A model generated the notes under the pieces. That model was not told where the DNA came from. It made no database searches and was given only the letters and a program-made list of their open reading frames with translations. Positions 55,000 to 62,974 of a DNA stretch of 64,000 nucleotides are shown one piece after another; the stretch's first letter is position 1; each line of letters starts with the position of its first letter. The position numbers were made by a program, and so were the translations under genes. The DNA comes from an uncultured Planctomycetaceae bacterium. Its GTDB lineage: Bacteria > Planctomycetota > Phycisphaerae > SM23-33. The stretch is taken from NCBI GenBank assembly GCA_964401385.1, contig CAYNYF010000010.1:1112-65111 (forward strand). Direction: 5' to 3'.

Positions 55000-57315
55000 T
55001 CACGGGCACCCTTCCTGCCGGCGGATGTGGTGGTCCTGCTGCTCGCGGCTGAGCATGGTGAAGTAGGCGCACCACCCGCCCATGCGGACCCGCAGGGAGT
55101 CGTACTTCTCGGGTTCCTGCTGGGCCGCCCGGAGTTCCTCCGTGTCGGCAACCGTCAGCGTCATCATCGCGCCGCCGGTTTCGATGAAGCTGCGGATCAG
55201 CGCGGCCATCCGGGACGTGCCTTCGGCCCCCTCGACGAGTCGCCTGGCCAGGCGGAGGTCCAGCGGCCCGCCGGCGGGGAGATTGCAGTGATGCATCTTG
55301 GAGTAGGAAAGGATGGCTCCGGGCAGGCCCTGCATGTCCCGCCCCAGCGCCGGAGAGAAATTCGACGAGACGGGCTCGCCCGCCAGCCGCCCGTCCGGGG
55401 AGGCCTCCAGCCCCTCGCCGATGCCGATGTACCAGGAGAAGGTCGCCGCTCCGCAGGGGAACTTGATTCGATCGCGGTGGGCCTCGGCGTGCCGGGCGAC
55501 GGTCGTGGTGAACAGGGCGACGACCTCCCGGCCGACGGCGTCGACCTGCTCGTCGTCGTTGCCGTACTTGGGCGCGGTCAGCAGCTTCTTGCGCAGCGAT
55601 TCGAAGCCCTCGAAGTTCGCATCGAGCGCGTCGCAAAGTTGGGCCATCGTCGCCTCCTGCGCGTCAAAGATGACCGTCTTGATGGCGGCGAGGGAGTCGA
55701 TGGCATGGGCGACGCTTTCGGCCAGAAGGGCGTAGATGCGGAACTTCGCCCCCCCGGCGGTCATGTCCCGCCGCGTCCGGATCGCCCCGTCAATCAAGGC
55801 GCTGAGCAGCGGAACCGGCGCCAGAATGCTGCGGTCGTCGAGGGTCTCGCCCACGTGAGCCACCACGCGGGCGACCATGACGTCCAGTTGGGCCGCGAAC
55901 GCGTCCCAGACCTGCCGGAACGACCGGAAGCCGCGCGGGTCGCCGGCGTCGATGCCGGACTGCGTGCCCTCGAGGCGGCTGCGGCCGCGGTTCAGCGCCC
56001 ACTCCAGGCAGAGCATGAGGCTGAGGCGCTGGAAGCGGAAGTCCGTCCGCCCGGGAATGATGACCTCCCAGCAGCCGTCGTTGGTATAGTCCCGCGCGTC
56101 GGGCGTGGGGATGCCGATCCTCTCCAGCGCCGGGACGATCGCCTCGTCGCTGAAGAGCGCCGGCATGCCGCCGCCGTCCTTCAGCACGTCGCAGGCGTGC
56201 CGCAGGAGCGGCTCGGGAGTATTGCGATGCACGCGAACGGTCAGCAGGGGATTGGTCATCCGGTTGCGGCGGTAGGCCTCCAGCAGCAGCAGCGAGAGGG
56301 GATTGGTGCCGTCGGCGCCGTCGGGCCTGAGCCCGCAGACGACGATGTTCTGGAGCCAGTGGTTCGTCGCGTCGAGGCGGTCTCGGTCCCGGCCGATTTG
56401 GGAAGAGGTGTAGTGCCGCGTCCGCCGGGAGAGGTCGACCGGCTCGTCTTCGCGGGCCTCCGGCCGCTGCTCGCCGGTGGTCTTCGCCCGCTCGTTGAAC
56501 TTCAGGGAGAAGCAGCTCACCAGCTCGGCCGCGGCCGGCATGTCGATCCGCCCGGCCTGAAGGTCGGCCTCGAGCAGGGGCCAGGCGTACTGGTCCAGCC
56601 GGCCCATGGCGTTGCCGTTCTTGGTGGAGTGAAAGATCATGTGCAGCAGCCACACCGACTGGAACGCCTGCCAGAACGTGCGGGCGGGCCCGGCCGGGGC
56701 CTGCCGGAGGTTGTCGCCCATTTGGCGAAGCTCGGCCGACCTGGCCGGGTCGCCGCAGTCGTCGGCTTCGGCGAGGCAGCGTTCAGACAGACGCCCGGCG
56801 AAGTCCATGACCGCATTCAGGGCGATGATGACCGAATCGAGAAATGCCTTCTCCCGATCGTCCCGGCAGGCGGGCTGCTGGCGCTCGGCCTCGGCGCGGA
56901 TTCCCTGAAGGCCACTGGCCAGCAGCGATGGATAATCCGGCACGATGTGCCCGAAGCAGCCGGTGCTCAGGCCGTGTGCCTCGGCCATGGCCCCCTCGGC
57001 GTCGGTGATGTACTCGGGGAAGCCCCACTCGGCATGGATTCGGGGCGATTCCAGCGTCATGGAGCCGGCAAAGAGCTGGCCCTCCCACAGGTCCGCGGGC
57101 ATGTGGGCCAGCTTCAGTGCGATAGCGCGGGCCTTGCGCATCGCCAAGGGCTCAGACATGAAACGCTCGTCGATCCGTGCCGGGCATGCCCACGCAACCG
57201 GCGGGGCGTTCATGGCCGTCCGCACCCGACGCCGGAGATCCAGCACGCGGGCGGTGTCGGCCAGACCGGCGATCTCAGCCGGCCGCACCTGGGCGATATC
57301 CTGTCCGGGCCTCAT
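55000..57315 (-). CDS. glycyl radical enzyme, PFL2/dehydratase-like clade, substrate unknown
   Basis: ATG 57315 is preceded by AAGGAGA. Thiyl loop [13 protein letters not shown] (GCxE). C-terminal glycyl-radical motif [15 protein letters not shown]. 771 aa. The track ORF extension to 57474 runs into the tRNA. Confidence 0.9.
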   Translation of the reverse strand: MRPGQDIAQVRPAEIAGLADTARVLDLRRRVRTAMNAPPVAWACPARIDERFMSEPLAMRKARAIALKLAHMPADLWEGQLFAGSMTLESPRIHAEWGFPEYITDAEGAMAEAHGLSTGCFGHIVPDYPSLLASGLQGIRAEAERQQPACRDDREKAFLDSVIIALNAVMDFAGRLSERCLAEADDCGDPARSAELRQMGDNLRQAPAGPARTFWQAFQSVWLLHMIFHSTKNGNAMGRLDQYAWPLLEADLQAGRIDMPAAAELVSCFSLKFNERAKTTGEQRPEAREDEPVDLSRRTRHYTSSQIGRDRDRLDATNHWLQNIVVCGLRPDGADGTNPLSLLLLEAYRRNRMTNPLLTVRVHRNTPEPLLRHACDVLKDGGGMPALFSDEAIVPALERIGIPTPDARDYTNDGCWEVIIPGRTDFRFQRLSLMLCLEWALNRGRSRLEGTQSGIDAGDPRGFRSFRQVWDAFAAQLDVMVARVVAHVGETLDDRSILAPVPLLSALIDGAIRTRRDMTAGGAKFRIYALLAESVAHAIDSLAAIKTVIFDAQEATMAQLCDALDANFEGFESLRKKLLTAPKYGNDDEQVDAVGREVVALFTTTVARHAEAHRDRIKFPCGAATFSWYIGIGEGLEASPDGRLAGEPVSSNFSPALGRDMQGLPGAILSYSKMHHCNLPAGGPLDLRLARRLVEGAEGTSRMAALIRSFIETGGAMMTLTVADTEELRAAQQEPEKYDSLRVRMGGWCAYFTMLSREQQDHHIRRQEGCP

Positions 57316-57472
57316 CCGGTCTCCTTGGCCAGGGGCCTGCACTGCACCTACATTCTCTCCGGAAGGCCGAGCGTGTCCAGAACATGCCTCCGCCGCCGGC
57401 CCTGGCATTGACCGCCGCCATCCTGACCGATAGAGTCTTAACTGCGTGGACGCGCTTCGCCGCCGACGGCGC

Positions 57473-57546
57473 ACGCCCGTAGCTCAGCAGGATAGAGCGG
57501 CGGTTTCCTAAACCGCAGGTCGGAGGTTCGAGTCCTCCCGGGCGTA
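57473..57546 (+). tRNA. tRNA-Arg (anticodon CCT)
   Basis: ACGCCCG TA GCTC AGCAGGATA GAGC G GCGGT TTCCTAA ACCGC AGGTC GGAGG TTCGAGT CCTCC CGGGCGT A. All four stems are perfectly paired. 74 nt, no encoded CCA. Confidence 0.88.
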
Positions 57547-57671
57547 GTGATCTTGACCCTTGCCAACGAGCGCCTTTGCCAGTGTTGGCAGGGGTCTCCT
57601 TGCCCTTTACGCCGCCGCGGAGGTTCGGCTCGCCCCAGGTTATGTAGATGAACGGCGGTCATGACGGTGCA

Positions 57672-58823
57672 TTAGCCGGGCGCGGCGGGCTGGGTAGTGG
57701 CGGGAGGCTCGTATATGGTCGTTTGCCCCTGACCGCCCTGGGAGGCGCCCGGCGCCGAGACTCCGATCTGGAATCTCCGGCCGTCGCGTTCCAGCTCCAC
57801 GGAGAACTGTCCGATTCGTATGACCTTGGCTTTGGCGACAGTCTGCCCCACCTTGACGGACCTGTTGTTGATGATGGCGACCCAGCCGTCGGAGCCGCGC
57901 ATGATGCCCACGAGCTGGAGACCAGCCGGCGCGACCTCAAAGGCGCCCTGGGGCTTCGCATCGTTGGCGGCCTTCGGAGCGGGGTCCTTTGGCGCCTGCG
58001 GCTTGCCTGCGGACTCATTCGGCGGGGGCGTCGCGGAACCCTTGGGCTGGGCTCTCAGGAGTTGCCCGGCGGCAGACCGGCGCGGCGACGTCAGCAACTT
58101 GAAGGCCTGCACCAGCGCCATCTCGGAGATCGCCATCACCGGAACGGCCAATGATGGTGTAGACTCTCCCGGGGTCGCCCCGGCGGGCAGCGGGGGCTTG
58201 GCGGGCGCTTCAAGAGTTTCGGCCGAGGTGTCTGTCACGGTTTCGCCGCCCGGCGCGGATGATCGGTCGGGGGCCGTGACCGGTTTCGCCGGTTTCCGCG
58301 AGATCTGCTCAAGCTGTCCGGTTGATGGGGCTGGTTGTGCTTTCTCGGGCGGGCTGGCGGCGGCGGGGCGTTCGACCGCGACCGCGGGCGGGCTGTCGGA
58401 CGCCGAAGCCGACTGTGGCGCCACGCCGCTGTCGCTCAAAGACCACCAGACCAGGACAATCAATCCGGCCGCCAGCAGCCCGCCCGCGGCAGCCGCCATG
58501 GGCAAGAGCATCCTGTTGCGTTCCCAGAGCGCGGAATGGGCTTTTCCGCCGCGGTGGGACGAGTAAGACCGCTGCGCCGTATCGGCTTTGGCTTCTGCGG
58601 CCTCCGCCGGTCGTTCAGGTTGCCCGGCGGTGGCGCTGGGAGAGGCGAATTCCTGCTCGGCCTGTGCTGCTTCAGGGTATTCCGGCTCGTCCTCGGCGGT
58701 AATCCCCAGACGCTCCACTCCGTAGTTGGGGTTCTTCTCAGCGGCCGGACCACCGCCGGCCGGCTGCCCGAAGGACGGAATACCCAATCGCCCCGCGGCA
58801 AGGTTGATCCTCTTTTGCCTCAT
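57672..58823 (-). CDS. bitopic membrane protein: PilN-like N-terminal motif, Pro/Ala-rich linker, PilP/GspC-like C-terminal beta domain
   Basis: ATG 58823 (the track TTG is at 58835). N-terminus MRQKRINLAAGR (compare the INLLP motif of PilN). One TM segment, LLPMAAAAGGLLAAGLIVLVWW. C-terminus GLQLVGIMRGSDGWVAIINNRSVKVGQTVAKAKVIRIGQFSVELERDG has the alternating pattern of PilP/GspC HR domains. Assigned by pattern only. Confidence 0.55.
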   Translation of the reverse strand: MRQKRINLAAGRLGIPSFGQPAGGGPAAEKNPNYGVERLGITAEDEPEYPEAAQAEQEFASPSATAGQPERPAEAAEAKADTAQRSYSSHRGGKAHSALWERNRMLLPMAAAAGGLLAAGLIVLVWWSLSDSGVAPQSASASDSPPAVAVERPAAASPPEKAQPAPSTGQLEQISRKPAKPVTAPDRSSAPGGETVTDTSAETLEAPAKPPLPAGATPGESTPSLAVPVMAISEMALVQAFKLLTSPRRSAAGQLLRAQPKGSATPPPNESAGKPQAPKDPAPKAANDAKPQGAFEVAPAGLQLVGIMRGSDGWVAIINNRSVKVGQTVAKAKVIRIGQFSVELERDGRRFQIGVSAPGASQGGQGQTTIYEPPATTQPAAPG

Positions 58824-58993
58824 CACGCACTCCAACTGCTCGGCCGACTGTTCATGCCCCGGACCGGAAACCGGTCCACTCGGCCTTGGCTGACGCCGGC
58901 GGGCCTTCGCAAAGGCCGCCCAGATGGCTGATTCTCGCGGTGCTCCTGAGCCGGTTCGTCCGGGTCGGGACGGTCCGCCTCGGCCGGCCGGGT

Positions 58994-60478
58994 CTAGCCG
59001 GACAGCTTTTGCAGCATTGCCCGCAGGGCTGGGTAGTCGACCTTTTCGTCCGCTGCTGGCTCGTCGTCCGTATTCTCCACCGCCGGCACGGGTTCCGGCA
59101 CCGGTTCGGCGTCGGCCGAATCGTCCGGCTCTGCCGCCTCGGCTTGGCGGCTCTGAACGTCTTCCTGGCTGTCTTCGGCGGCTGGAGGAGTTTCGCCTTT
59201 GGCCCAGTCGGTTCCCTCGTACGGATTGTCCTGCGATTGCGGCTCTTCCGAGCTGCCCGAACCCGGTGGGTAGCCCAGGTCATCGGCGGGCGTCTCTTGC
59301 GGCGGCGCCTCGGCCGGGGCCTCGTCCGTTTCGACCGGTGGCGCTTCCTGGCTTGGCTCGACCTGTTCGGCAGCCGGTGGCTCGGCCGGGGCCTCGTCCG
59401 TTTCGACCGGTGGCGCTTCCTGGCCTGGCTCGACCTGTTCGGCAGCCGGTGGCTCGGCCGGGGCCTCGTCCGTTTCGACCGGTGGCGCTTGCTGGCTTGG
59501 CTCGACCTGTTCGACAGCCGGCGGCTCGGCGGGGCCGGCCGTTTCCTCGCCGCTGCTTTCCCACGTCGGCTCGACCGCGGCGGCGCTAAGCTCTGCAATG
59601 ATTGGGGGCTCTGAGGGCGGGACCTCGACGCCGTACTTCAAGCTGTACTCACGCAGAATGGCGTCCGTCTGCTTTCGCATCTCAGCGAAGCTCAGGTGTT
59701 CCTGCTCGGCCGGCGCGTCGGCTGCCCCGATCGGGTCGCCCAGCGCGGCGAGCACCTCGCGGGCCAGGGATCTGTAGTCTTCGGCCGCGTGGCTGTCGGA
59801 GGCGAAGGTCAGGATGCTCTGCCCCGAGCCGGGGCATTCGCGGACGCGGACATTCTCCCGGATGACGGTCTGGAAGACCTTGCCCGGCAGGGCCCGCTTG
59901 AGTTCTTCCAGCACGAGCTGGCTGAGCTTGGTTCTGGCATCGTATCGGCAGGCGAGCACGCCGGCGAGGACGATTTCGTGCCCGAACCCGTCGCGGACGT
60001 CCTGGAGGGTCGTCAGCAGGATCTTCAGCCCGTCCAGGGCCAGGATGGACGTTTCCACCGGCACGATGGCATGCGTCGCCGCCAACAGGGCGTTGCCGAT
60101 CAAGCGGTTGCCCAGGCTCGGCGGGCAGTCGATCACGCCGTAGTCGAAGCCGGAGATCTCCGTGAGCAGCTTGTGAAGCTGTCCGCCTTGTGTGGGCCTG
60201 AGGTCGTGGGCGACCGAGTCGAGCTTGCCGCTGCCGGGCGCGAGCGAGACGCCCGGGGCGACGTCCGGAACGGGATGAAACCCCTTCCCACTCCAGAGCG
60301 CATCGGCGAAGCTGGTATCGTCCTCGACGCCCAACCAGCGCGAAGATGCCGCCTGCCCATCGAGGTCCACCAGCAAGACCTTCCGACCGAGCTCGCCCAG
60401 GGCGGCGGAGAGATTCACGGCCGTGGTCGTCTTGCCGCTTCCGCCCTTCTCGTTGACAATTGCTATTGTCTGCATCAT
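58994..60478 (-). CDS. ParA/MinD-family ATPase with a ~240-aa acidic Pro-rich C-terminal extension
   Basis: MMQTIAIVNEKGGSGKTTTAVNLSAAL (deviant Walker A), VLLVDLDGQ, YGVIDCPPSL. After about aa 255 comes a low-complexity E/P/A-rich tail with three 24-aa repeats. ATG 60478 or 60475. Confidence 0.85.
   Translation of the reverse strand: MMQTIAIVNEKGGSGKTTTAVNLSAALGELGRKVLLVDLDGQAASSRWLGVEDDTSFADALWSGKGFHPVPDVAPGVSLAPGSGKLDSVAHDLRPTQGGQLHKLLTEISGFDYGVIDCPPSLGNRLIGNALLAATHAIVPVETSILALDGLKILLTTLQDVRDGFGHEIVLAGVLACRYDARTKLSQLVLEELKRALPGKVFQTVIRENVRVRECPGSGQSILTFASDSHAAEDYRSLAREVLAALGDPIGAADAPAEQEHLSFAEMRKQTDAILREYSLKYGVEVPPSEPPIIAELSAAAVEPTWESSGEETAGPAEPPAVEQVEPSQQAPPVETDEAPAEPPAAEQVEPGQEAPPVETDEAPAEPPAAEQVEPSQEAPPVETDEAPAEAPPQETPADDLGYPPGSGSSEEPQSQDNPYEGTDWAKGETPPAAEDSQEDVQSRQAEAAEPDDSADAEPVPEPVPAVENTDDEPAADEKVDYPALRAMLQKLSG
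59309..59524 (-). repeat. 72-bp x 3 in-frame tandem repeat inside the ParA-like tail
   Basis: Units begin at 59309, 59381 and 59453 (ctcggccggggcctcgtccgtttcgaccggtggcgcttcctggc[t/c]tggctcgacctgttcggcagccggtgg). They encode (A)PPVETDEAPAEPPAAEQVEP[SG]Q[EQ] on the minus strand. Only a few substitutions separate the units. Confidence 0.9.
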
Positions 60479-60503
60479 CGTGTCAAACTCGCGACGATCG
60501 CTT

Positions 60504-61592
60504 TCATGCCGCCAAGGTTGCCCCAAGACTCAACCCGATAGCCACCGCCCACGAAGGCTGGGGTTGTCTGGCGTCCAGGCCGGAAGTCCATCCCGCCCGG
60601 TCCGTCCGCCTGATGCCGGCCATCGGGTCGCCAACTTGCGCGGGCAGGTTCAGGCGCCTGGCGATGCACTGACACAGGCGCTTGTTGTGGGCCTGCCCGC
60701 CGACGAAGATCACGCGCTCGATGGGCCGATTCCTGAAAACGGATTCGTAGTAGCGCACGCACTGGGTTATCTTGTCGGCGATCTCGCCGATCTTGCCGTC
60801 GAGCAAGGCGAACATCTCGTCTTGCGCCGCCGCGTCCTGCGTCCGGCTCTGCATCTCTCGCCGAACGCTGTGGGCCTTCTCGATGGAAACGTGCATGGCG
60901 TCGGCAAATGCCTCGTCCAGGTCTTTCCCGCCCGCCATCAGGTTGCTGGCGAAGGCCATCTTCTGACCGTGTGCCAGTGCGATCTGCGTGCTGGCCGAGC
61001 CGATGTCTATGAACAATGTCACACGGGATTCGTCAGTGGCTCGACCCAATAGTCGAGCGAAGCATTCCACCACCGCGCAGGCTTCGATGTTGACGCCCAC
61101 CACGTCCAGGCCCGCACCGCCAGCCATGGTGAGGTAGGTTTCCAGGTCACGGCGGGGCACGGCCACCACGATCCGCTCGTGCATGTCCTGTCCGTCGGTG
61201 TAGACCGTGCCGGCGAGGATGTGGCGAATGACCGCATCCTCCACGGGGCAGGGCAGCTTGCCTTCCAGCTCTTTCTTGACCGCCCCGTCGACTTCTTGCC
61301 GCGGGACAACCGGAATCCTGACCGGCTGAAGGAAGGTGGCGACGGACGGCAGGGACAGGATTGCCTTTCGACCCGTGAACTCGCCCGCCTTGAGAATGCC
61401 GCGGATCTTGCCGGACAGAAAGTCCAATCGTCGGGCAAGGTCGTCGCGGCAGTCAGGGGGGACCTCGGCTGAAGCCGCCGCCAGCAGGTCGACGTTGCTT
61501 CCGCAGGTCCGTAGCTGGGCCATCTTCAGGTTGCCGAATCCCAGGTCCACTCCGATGGGAAGGGCTTTTTCCGGCTTGCTCTTCAGCCCCAT
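60504..61592 (-). CDS. pilM: PilM-like actin-fold (FtsA/PilM family) protein
   Basis: ATG 61592 is preceded by GGAGAGG (the track ORF extension to 62042 is unsupported). LPIGVDLGFGNLKMAQL (phosphate-1), TLFIDIGSASTQIAL, VIFVGGQAHN, and C-terminal WAVAIGLSLG are typical of PilM. 362 aa. Confidence 0.8.
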   Translation of the reverse strand: MGLKSKPEKALPIGVDLGFGNLKMAQLRTCGSNVDLLAAASAEVPPDCRDDLARRLDFLSGKIRGILKAGEFTGRKAILSLPSVATFLQPVRIPVVPRQEVDGAVKKELEGKLPCPVEDAVIRHILAGTVYTDGQDMHERIVVAVPRRDLETYLTMAGGAGLDVVGVNIEACAVVECFARLLGRATDESRVTLFIDIGSASTQIALAHGQKMAFASNLMAGGKDLDEAFADAMHVSIEKAHSVRREMQSRTQDAAAQDEMFALLDGKIGEIADKITQCVRYYESVFRNRPIERVIFVGGQAHNKRLCQCIARRLNLPAQVGDPMAGIRRTDRAGWTSGLDARQPQPSWAVAIGLSLGATLAA

Positions 61593-62010
61593 AGCACCTC
61601 TCCGAAAACCGGGGCATAGGGAAGGCTGCTCAGTCAGACTTGCACCGATGCCACGTACGCCTGTTCGACCGTATGTGCCGGCGGCGAGGCGGCCGCGCGG
61701 GCAGACGTTGCCAGACGCCAATTGCCGCGTCTGGCGTCTGCCTGGAGGCTCTGGCTGCCTCCTCGCCGGCGACCTGCCGTTCGCTGTCACGGCTACCTTT
61801 AAGCTATATGCACCATAGATTACGGACTGCATCCGGGCAAGTTTGGGGCGGTTATAGCGGCAACCGCCCCATCGGGCGGCCCGACGGGGACCGCCCCGGC
61901 GGAGCCGACGGCCACCCCCGAGGCCAAATCCGGCCCATCCGGGCCGGCGGACGTGATGCCATCGGCGGTCCCTTCCTGCCGGCGGCTGCCGCAGCTTCCG
62001 GCCGGGCAGG

Positions 62011-62580
62011 ATGTTGCCGAAATCGGGGGTTGAGGGTACCATAGTGTTTGTGCCTTTCTTAATCGACGGGAATAACCTGATACATGCCTTGCGCCAGGCC
62101 GGTATTGAGGTCGGCAGGGTCGGTTTGCGTCGGCTCTTGGGCCGGCTGTCCTCCGACGGCGAGAAGGTTCAGATTGTTTTCGACGGGCCGCCGCCGGCGG
62201 AGCTGCCTGGCGGTCAGGGCGACGACCGCGGCCTCGAGGTCGCCTACTCCGCCCCTCGCAGCGCCGATGAGCTGATCGTCGAGCACATCGCGGACAACAC
62301 CGCCCCGCGCCGGCTGACGGTCGTCACTTCCGATCGCGAGATCCTCCGCGCCGCTCGCCGGCGGCGATGCAGGCTCGCGACCAGCCAGGATTTTATTGAG
62401 TTTTTGCTGCGGGCGCTTCTCCGCGGGGCAAAGCCCCGGCCGGTCGAGCCGCCGGAAAAGCGCAAAGGCCTGACGGCCGAGCAGGCGCGACGCTGGCTGC
62501 GCGAGCTTGGCCTGGACGAGGCAAGGCCGCAGACGGGAGAACCACATGACCCAACAGACAAGAGAACGTCGAGCCCATAG
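62011..62580 (+). CDS. YacP-like NYN-domain protein (predicted RNase)
   Basis: FLIDGNNLIHAL, KVQIVFDG, VAYSAPRSADELIVEHI and LTVVTSDREI match the YacP/Rae1-type NYN pattern. The start is uncertain: ATG 62011 or GTG 62045/62051. Confidence 0.68.
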   Translation: MLPKSGVEGTIVFVPFLIDGNNLIHALRQAGIEVGRVGLRRLLGRLSSDGEKVQIVFDGPPPAELPGGQGDDRGLEVAYSAPRSADELIVEHIADNTAPRRLTVVTSDREILRAARRRRCRLATSQDFIEFLLRALLRGAKPRPVEPPEKRKGLTAEQARRWLRELGLDEARPQTGEPHDPTDKRTSSP

Positions 62581-62890
62581 GCGCCTCGCCCTCACCTGTC
62601 CCATCGTCGTCTCCGACGAGGGCGGCAGGGAGCTTCTCCGAACGCGGACGCTGAACGTGTCCGACGGCGGGGCGCTGTTGCAGGCCCCGGCCGATCGGGA
62701 GCTGGCCCCCGGAGAGCCGCTCAAGCTTCTCCTGCGGGTGCCGCGCTCGACGCCGAACACGTACATGCTGGAGGATTTCTCCTCCGGCGCGAACGTGGTC
62801 CGCCGCCAGCCGGTCGCCGACGCCGCCGGGCCGGGACAGTACGTCGCCGTCCGCTTCGCCGAGCCGCTGGGCCTGGAGCTGGAGGTTTAG
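62546..62890 (+). CDS. PilZ-domain protein (predicted c-di-GMP receptor)
   Basis: ATG 62546 is preceded by GGGAGA. RRAHRR (RxxxR) and NVSDGG (D/NxSxxG) have the canonical spacing. 114 aa. Overlaps the YacP-like stop by 35 bp. Confidence 0.75.
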   Translation: MTQQTRERRAHRRLALTCPIVVSDEGGRELLRTRTLNVSDGGALLQAPADRELAPGEPLKLLLRVPRSTPNTYMLEDFSSGANVVRRQPVADAAGPGQYVAVRFAEPLGLELEV

Positions 62891-62940
62891 CCCGAACATT
62901 TCATGGCCTTCTCACGTCCGGCGGGGCCTTTTGGCCGTCG
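62891..62940 (+). repeat. 50-bp intergenic repeat, copy B
   Basis: cccgaacatttcatggccttctcacgtccggcggggccttttggccgtcg begins at the first base after the PilZ stop, in the 84-bp convergent gap before purD. 45 of 50 positions are identical to 38675..38724. Confidence 0.85.
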
Positions 62941-62974
62941 TGCTTGTCGTGGGCGGTACGTTGGCATTTCCCCT

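Noticed and set aside
54980-55636. N-terminal 219-aa extension of the activase ORF in the track
   Set aside because: It overlaps the 3' end of the GRE gene in another frame and is Arg/Pro/Gly-rich. The conserved activase N-terminus ([18 protein letters not shown]) starts at ATG 54979.
55027-57411. 794-aa plus-strand ORF opposite the glycyl radical enzyme (similar long antisense ORFs lie opposite glmS 32300-34117, pruA 21555-23129 and paralogs 1-3)
   Set aside because: In every case the opposite strand carries unmistakable conserved motifs, and these frames are compositionally biased high-GC artefacts.
59309-59524. Regular 72-bp repeats considered as a possible CRISPR-like array
   Set aside because: The units are contiguous with no spacers. 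They are in frame within a ParA-like ORF and encode a peptide repeat. No cas genes or other repeat-spacer structure exist anywhere in the window.
58886-59614. Two plus-strand ORFs with striking internal repeats (…RGLVRFDRWRFLAWLDLFGSRWLG… x3)
   Set aside because: They are the antisense reading of the 72-bp tandem repeat in the ParA-like tail, and they have no independent start or RBS support.
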